Positions 48,513-64,000 of a stretch of 64,000 nt of DNA are shown here, in pieces. The notes under the pieces are model-generated. The model did no database searches. It was not told where the DNA came from and saw nothing but the letters and a program-made list of their open reading frames with translations. The stretch lies in the NCBI RefSeq assembly GCF_009914755.1, contig NC_060942.1, one strand, 5' to 3'. Each line of letters opens with the position of its first letter. Positions within the stretch are counted from its first letter, which is position 1. This stretch comes from the human T2T-CHM13v2.0 reference genome, Homo sapiens. Made by a program: the position numbers and the translations under genes.

Positions 48513-49529
48513 ACCTACAGAACTGAGCTCTATACAGAGTTACCCTGATTCAGGCTGTTCTTTCTACATTTACAGGAGCTGAACACTGCCCCGAGAATGC
48601 AACAGAACTTCAGCTCTGTCCCAAGGTCGTCAGCCACAGCTCCAAGTTTCTTAGCATCAGCTTTTTCTGAACAAAATAGTGCATCCTGCTGGAATCACTA
48701 CTGTAAACTGAGTATAAAGGAAAATAAACCCTCTTTTTCTTATCCACTATGTTCCCTACTCCCGTGCTTTTCCCAGTGCTCCAGGTTAGTAGAGGCAAAA
48801 GAATTCCCCACTGATGAGGTACTACATCCTACACAATTTGTTCCACACATTTTAATTTCATTAAGAGAAAACAAAGATGTTTAAACAGTGAGCACTAAAT
48901 GGATTAGAGTGGCAGTAGTAAATTTCCTTTGTGCCTTTCTCTTAGAATTTAGAAAGCTTTAGTTGCAATCCCATTCAAAGCAATATGGGAGAGGCTTCCA
49001 CAATGCCTGGCACAGAGTACGTGTGGAGGAAATGCTTATCATTTTAGATGCTTATTATTTTAAATGTTTAAATGTTTATTATTCTGAATCTGAATGGATG
49101 AGTCAAGTTGAACCAGGAAATAAACCATAGCAAACCACATATTCAAACCCAGATAAGTTCAGTGGTTAACTGCCCTGACTCTAAGCTCCCTTCACACTAA
49201 GGCTGCTCTATGGTAATATGATTCAGAAGAAATTACTTCCATTCTCATTTCACTTCTCTGTAACTGTTTGTAACAAATTGCTTGTGTCTCTGGTCCTTGG
49301 TTCCTTCCTTTGGTGGGAAAAATATTAGCACAATGACACAATATAATTCCCAGACTAGATAGCTAATACATTTTCTAACTTTTTATTTAGAAACAATTAC
49401 AGATTTACATGAAGTTTCAAATGATGTGCCAGGATGTCCTATGTCACTTTCACATCAGTTCCCCCAATGGTAATATTACCGTATATATGAAACATTTTTC
49501 AGAGCGTGTGCCAGGCATCATGTTAAGCG

Positions 49530-50345
<816 letters not shown>

Positions 50346-50969
50346 AAGCAAGCAAATAGGGGAATTAGTATTCAAACACTGGAATCCTGATTCTAAATAA
50401 TGGCAATAGCGTTTGCGTATCCTCACATTCATAGCTTTTCTGTCAAAATGGTCCTTCGTCAACTTCTTTCGCATTAAGAGAACTTCTAGTCTTTCAACAT
50501 GTATGGTCTTGGTATAATCTCTAATTCCATCTAAGTTATCACTGTTCCCTGAGGATTTTGTCATTGAAACATTTTAGGAGTCACCTCTTCACTCCGTTTC
50601 TCACTCAATATCCTGACCAAGATATTAACCACTTCAAAACCATACTAATAACTTTTTAACTAGCCTGTTTCAATTATTCTGGCCAAGTATACAAAAATTA
50701 TCTTTCTCATATAATATTTTGTTCATCACAATTCTGTGAAATTCCCAAGCAAGTGCCTTAACAGTGTCCTCTCACCAGCTGCCCTTGGCTTGAATGGCTG
50801 CAGTTTGCCACCATTTCATTATTCGGACAAATCATCCAGGTAGACAATCTTGAACTCAGGTGCCAACTCACTTCTCCCTCAAACGATGTTCTTGGTTTTT
50901 TAGGAGGTTTTGTTGTTGCTGCTGCTTGTAGGTATGTGGCAGGTGTTGGGAGGGGTGGAATTCTACATA

Positions 50970-53360
<2,391 letters not shown>

Positions 53361-53379
53361 GTAAAATGTGTCTCATCCA

Positions 53380-58250
<4,871 letters not shown>

Positions 58251-58319
58251 ACCTTGCCGATGGGATGGAAAATGACTCCAGGCCTGGAGCAGGGCTTCTG
58301 GGTCTTGGGGATGTTCCAG

Positions 58320-58627
58320 TTGTTTTTTTGTTTGTGTTTTGCTTTTTTAGACGGAGTCTCATTTTGTCACCCAGGCTGGAGTGCAGTGGCACAATCTTTG
58401 CTCACTGTAGCCTCCGCCTCCTGGGTTCAAGCAATTCTCCCACCTCAGCCACCTGAGTAGCTGAGACTACAGGCATGTGCCACCACACCTGGCTAATTTT
58501 TGTATTTTTCATAGAGATAGGGTTTGGTCATATTTTCCAGGCTGGTCTCCAACTCCTGACCTCAGTGATCCGCACGCCTCGGCCTCCCAAAGTGCTGGTT
58601 TACAGGAGTGAGCCACTGTGCCCAGCC
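58320..58627 (-). mobile_element. Alu
   Basis: Reverse-complement Alu dimer. Confidence 0.88.
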
Positions 58628-58722
58628 AGGAAAGTTCCAGTTCTTAATCTGCATATGTGTGAACCGCTGTGATAATTTTTCATGCTGTATCATATGATTT
58701 GGGGATTACTTTTTCTTATAAA

Positions 58723-59562
<840 letters not shown>

Positions 59563-60611
59563 TTCTGTATGCATATTTTACTTTTGATTTATAAAAGTGT
59601 GTTAAGAAACAAAAAAAATTGCCTCATCCAGAAAGACTTGTGTGACAATATATAGCCCGGCACCAACACCTAAGAATTTCAAAAACTGAGTTTTTCTCTG
59701 TATCATCTTCAGGAAAAAAATGAAGAAGAAGAGGAGAAAGAATAAGAGGATGAAGAGGGGAGGAATAGAAAAAGAAAATGTTTACCTGATTTACTATGAT
59801 TATTTAATACTAATTATTTTGCTTTTTGCAATAAAGTGTTGCAAAACTTTGCCTTTCCCCAGGCAAATGGGAGAAATAAGTGTGCACCTTATCTTTTTTT
59901 TCCTATCCACCGTTTCTCTCTCGCCCTTCACTTTTTCCATCCCCTTTAAGTCTTCAACCTACCTTCCCTCAGCTGCGAGTTTAGAATTATCTGTCTCTCC
60001 CTGCACCTCCAGCCCCTTGGGTAGATACCACTAGTGAACTGGGACTACAGTAGCGTCCTGATTAAATCAAAGATACTTAGTCCTCTAACCTGAAAGTTGA
60101 GAGAAAAGGAAATCCTTAATGCTAGCTGTGTGACAACCACTCATCTCCGTGTGACCCGCACCTGGGCAGTGTGGGGAGGTAAGCGGGGTCTCTGCAGCCA
60201 GGCAGCTGCCACGGACACTGGCTTTGCCACTTTCAGATGTGTGGTCTTTGAGCAATTACTTCACGTCTTTCTTTTCTTTATTTCCACCATTTACTCTTTT
60301 ATTAGTCATTCATTCAACACTTTTGGGGGATAAAGTGATGAACAAACCACACATAATTCCTGCACTCAGAAATTTAAAATTCTAGTTCAAACTTTCTCTT
60401 AATTTACACGACAAGGAAACCAAGGTGCAGAGAGCCATTTGTTCAAGGTAGCAACAGGAGTCAGGAGCAGGGTTGGGGGTGGGAGCCATGGCTTTTGACT
60501 TCTTATCTAGACAGAACTCATGATCTCTTTTTTCCCTGTGCCATTTTAGCAGTTGTAACTTTTGCTTGGTAATTAAAATACAATATTTATTTTGAATAGG
60601 ATAAACACGTA

Positions 60612-61189
<578 letters not shown>

Positions 61190-61190
<1 letters not shown>

Positions 61191-61335
61191 TCACCTCTTT
61201 CTGATTTGGTTTCTGCATTTGTAAAATGAATATAATAAAAGTGCCTTTCTCATTGGGCCATTGTGAGGATTGAAGGGAGTAATACCTGTAAAGTGCTGAG
61301 ACAGTGGCTGGTACATGGTATAAACTCAGTAAGTA
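61190..61335 (+). mobile_element. MIR SINE
   Basis: tttctgcatttgtaaaatg...ttgtgaggattgaa...tgtaaagtgctgagacagtggctggtacatggta. Confidence 0.7.
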
Positions 61336-62118
61336 AACCAATAGAGAACTTATTAAACAATCACTCATTCTGAGCAACCAAAGTTAGTGACGTAGGCAGC
61401 AATGTTAGTAGATCAAGCTGAATTCCTATTAACTTTGTCACCGATGGCTTTCTATTTTTAGCCGTCACTGCTTTTATGAAATGGAAATGCCATCCCCCAC
61501 ATTTAATGGCACTTAAGATGGGCTGGGATTCACAGGTTCACAAAGCTCTCATTCCTATCTTTCCACCATTTAAAAAATAAAATAGTGCATATATTAGGAA
61601 AGTGATGGCATCTGACTTCAGTGGTTTAATCTCAGCTTTAATTTCACAGCCTTGGAAGGCTAAGCAGCCCCGTGCTGCTTCAACATCATTTCTAGCATGT
61701 GGGATTCTGCTGCTTGGTGATCAGGTAAGTACACAGGTTATCATCATATTTAGTTGCAGTGAAATCTCATAGGAATAACCATGGCGTGGATTTGTTATTA
61801 GTATTTGAATATAACCTTTGAAATATAATTAAGCATTCTAAATATAACACAGAGTGAAATCTCCTTATGTGCTTCCTATGTTGAAATTCTGTCAATTAAA
61901 GTTCAACATAAGTTTATAATTGCGTGGGAAACTGCTGCAATATTAATACATATTTAGAAAGCTGTTATTTAAAATAGTGTTTTAGGTAGTCAGTTTTAGA
62001 ATGAATGCTATATAGTAGTGAAGCCAATACATATTTATAAAAATTTAATTAATCACATAAGGTAACATAATCATGATTATATCATGATTCCAATCTTCTC
62101 AGAATTGTTATACTTGCA

Positions 62119-62414
62119 TTTTTTTTTTTTTTGAGACAATGTCTTGTTCTGTTGCCCAGGCTGGAGTGCAGTGGCACGATTACAGCTCACTGTGGCCTTG
62201 ACCTCCCAGGCCCAGGTGATCCTCTCACCTCAGCCTCTTGAGTAGCTGGGACTACAGGTGTGTACCACCATGCCTGGCTAATTTTTTGTACTTTTGTAGA
62301 GACAGGTTTTCCCAATGTTGCCCAGGCTGGTCTTTAACTCCTGGGCTCAAGCAATCTGCCTGCCTTGGCCTCCCAAAGTGCTGGGATTACAGACATGAGC
62401 CACCGCGCCTGGCC
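62119..62414 (-). mobile_element. Alu (AluJ-like)
   Basis: Reverse-complement Alu flanked by direct repeat tatacttgca. Confidence 0.88.
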
Positions 62415-63301
62415 CTATACTTGCAATTTTACCATTAAACAAAATAATCTGTAAGAACTGTATGTTAAATTTTTAAAAATGTCTTTTAGACCAAAAGTCT
62501 TTTTTCTTAAGTTCTATTTGAAAAATTCTTTACATATCACGAGAATGAGATATTAAAAGCATAATGTCAATTTTGCCATCTCAGTTTTACAGGGAGAAAA
62601 AAAGTACAAAACAACATACGTTAAATCCATAATGAACATTTTTTATTCCAGATACATACACTAAAAAGCTTGAACAATAGGGAAAAAAGGAAGTGTTAGA
62701 GAAAAATTAGGTAGCCCACATTTTGTTCCTTCTAATAAACTTAAAAAAACAGATGTCATAAGAATGTTTTCTCATAGATTTGAGTTCATCAAACTAAACA
62801 TTAAACATAAAAACTAAACATTAAAAGGCTTGCCTAAATGTTTGCTGTGTTCTTCCAACTGTTTTTTGGTAGTTGAAGTTAAAAAGTACTTTTGAGATTT
62901 TCCCAGTCTTGGTACATAGTTCCTTTGAGAAAATACAGCACTGAAGTCCCTTTCTTGAGTTATATTCAATTGTGGATGAAGGATTGGTGCCATCGTCCAA
63001 TGTGCTGGTGACAATCTTGTCTCATAAAGGTGCACTTGAGTGACTACAGACGCGAATTCACAGCTGACAGCTTTGACAAATTTTGTTCCTACACAATAAT
63101 GTCAAACTTTAAAACATTGGTTATTAAAATATGTAAGGGTAAAATTATAATCTTAATTAAATTTTTTGATAACATGCCATTTATCTTTGTACTTGAGAAG
63201 CTTAATCTGTGACGGTGGTATTCAACTTCTGCTTCTGCTTTGACAGAACCTGGATCTCTCTTAGCTTTGGCTGAATATTGTTTTTAAGATTTGGTAATTT
63301 G

Positions 63302-63805
<504 letters not shown>

Positions 63806-63905
63806 CTTAAATAACTTATCTACAGTTTCTTTACATTTTTCCTCAACATCTGCAAAATCAATGTGGGTTGATAAAGGTCTAGTCTGTATTAAGACAGAAA
63901 TATTG

Positions 63906-64000
63906 GCTGGGTGCGGTGGCTCATGCCTGTAATCCCAGCACTTTGGGAGGCTGAGGTGGGCAGATCACCTGAGGCCAGTAGTTCCAGACCAGCCTGGCCA
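63906..64000 (+). mobile_element. Alu, truncated by window end
   Basis: ggctgggtgcggtggctcatgcctgtaatcccagcactttggg... Confidence 0.9.

Overview
Primate (very likely human) genomic DNA, not prokaryotic. The minus strand carries the 5' part of PPP4R1 (protein phosphatase 4 regulatory subunit 1, HEAT-repeat scaffold): coding exons 1-10 complete and the start of exon 11, all with GT-AG boundaries and consistent phases (7+45+136+107+143+147+108+66+159+128 nt), spelling MADLSLLQEDLQEDADGFGVDD...NKNRTRDQEAPEDVQVRPEDTPS. Its CpG-island promoter is at about 43.1-44.7 kb. Upstream (45-64 kb) is Alu-dense DNA with a retroposed U6 pseudogene, LTRs, L1/L2/MIR and DNA-transposon fossils, and splice/polyA signals compatible with a divergent lncRNA. 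Nearly all ORFs in the supplied track are Alu/L1- or GC-derived artefacts. I see no wholly new biological system. The best second-look items are RNA-processing features: a duplicated half-exon 9 forming a candidate poison exon, a reconstituted 5' splice site at the exon 5/6 junction, an AUG-UAG start-stop element near the start codon, an inverted-Alu-flanked exon 3-9 circRNA with a junction-spanning ORF, and three short local templated duplications. Repeat family names and repeat boundaries are by-eye estimates.
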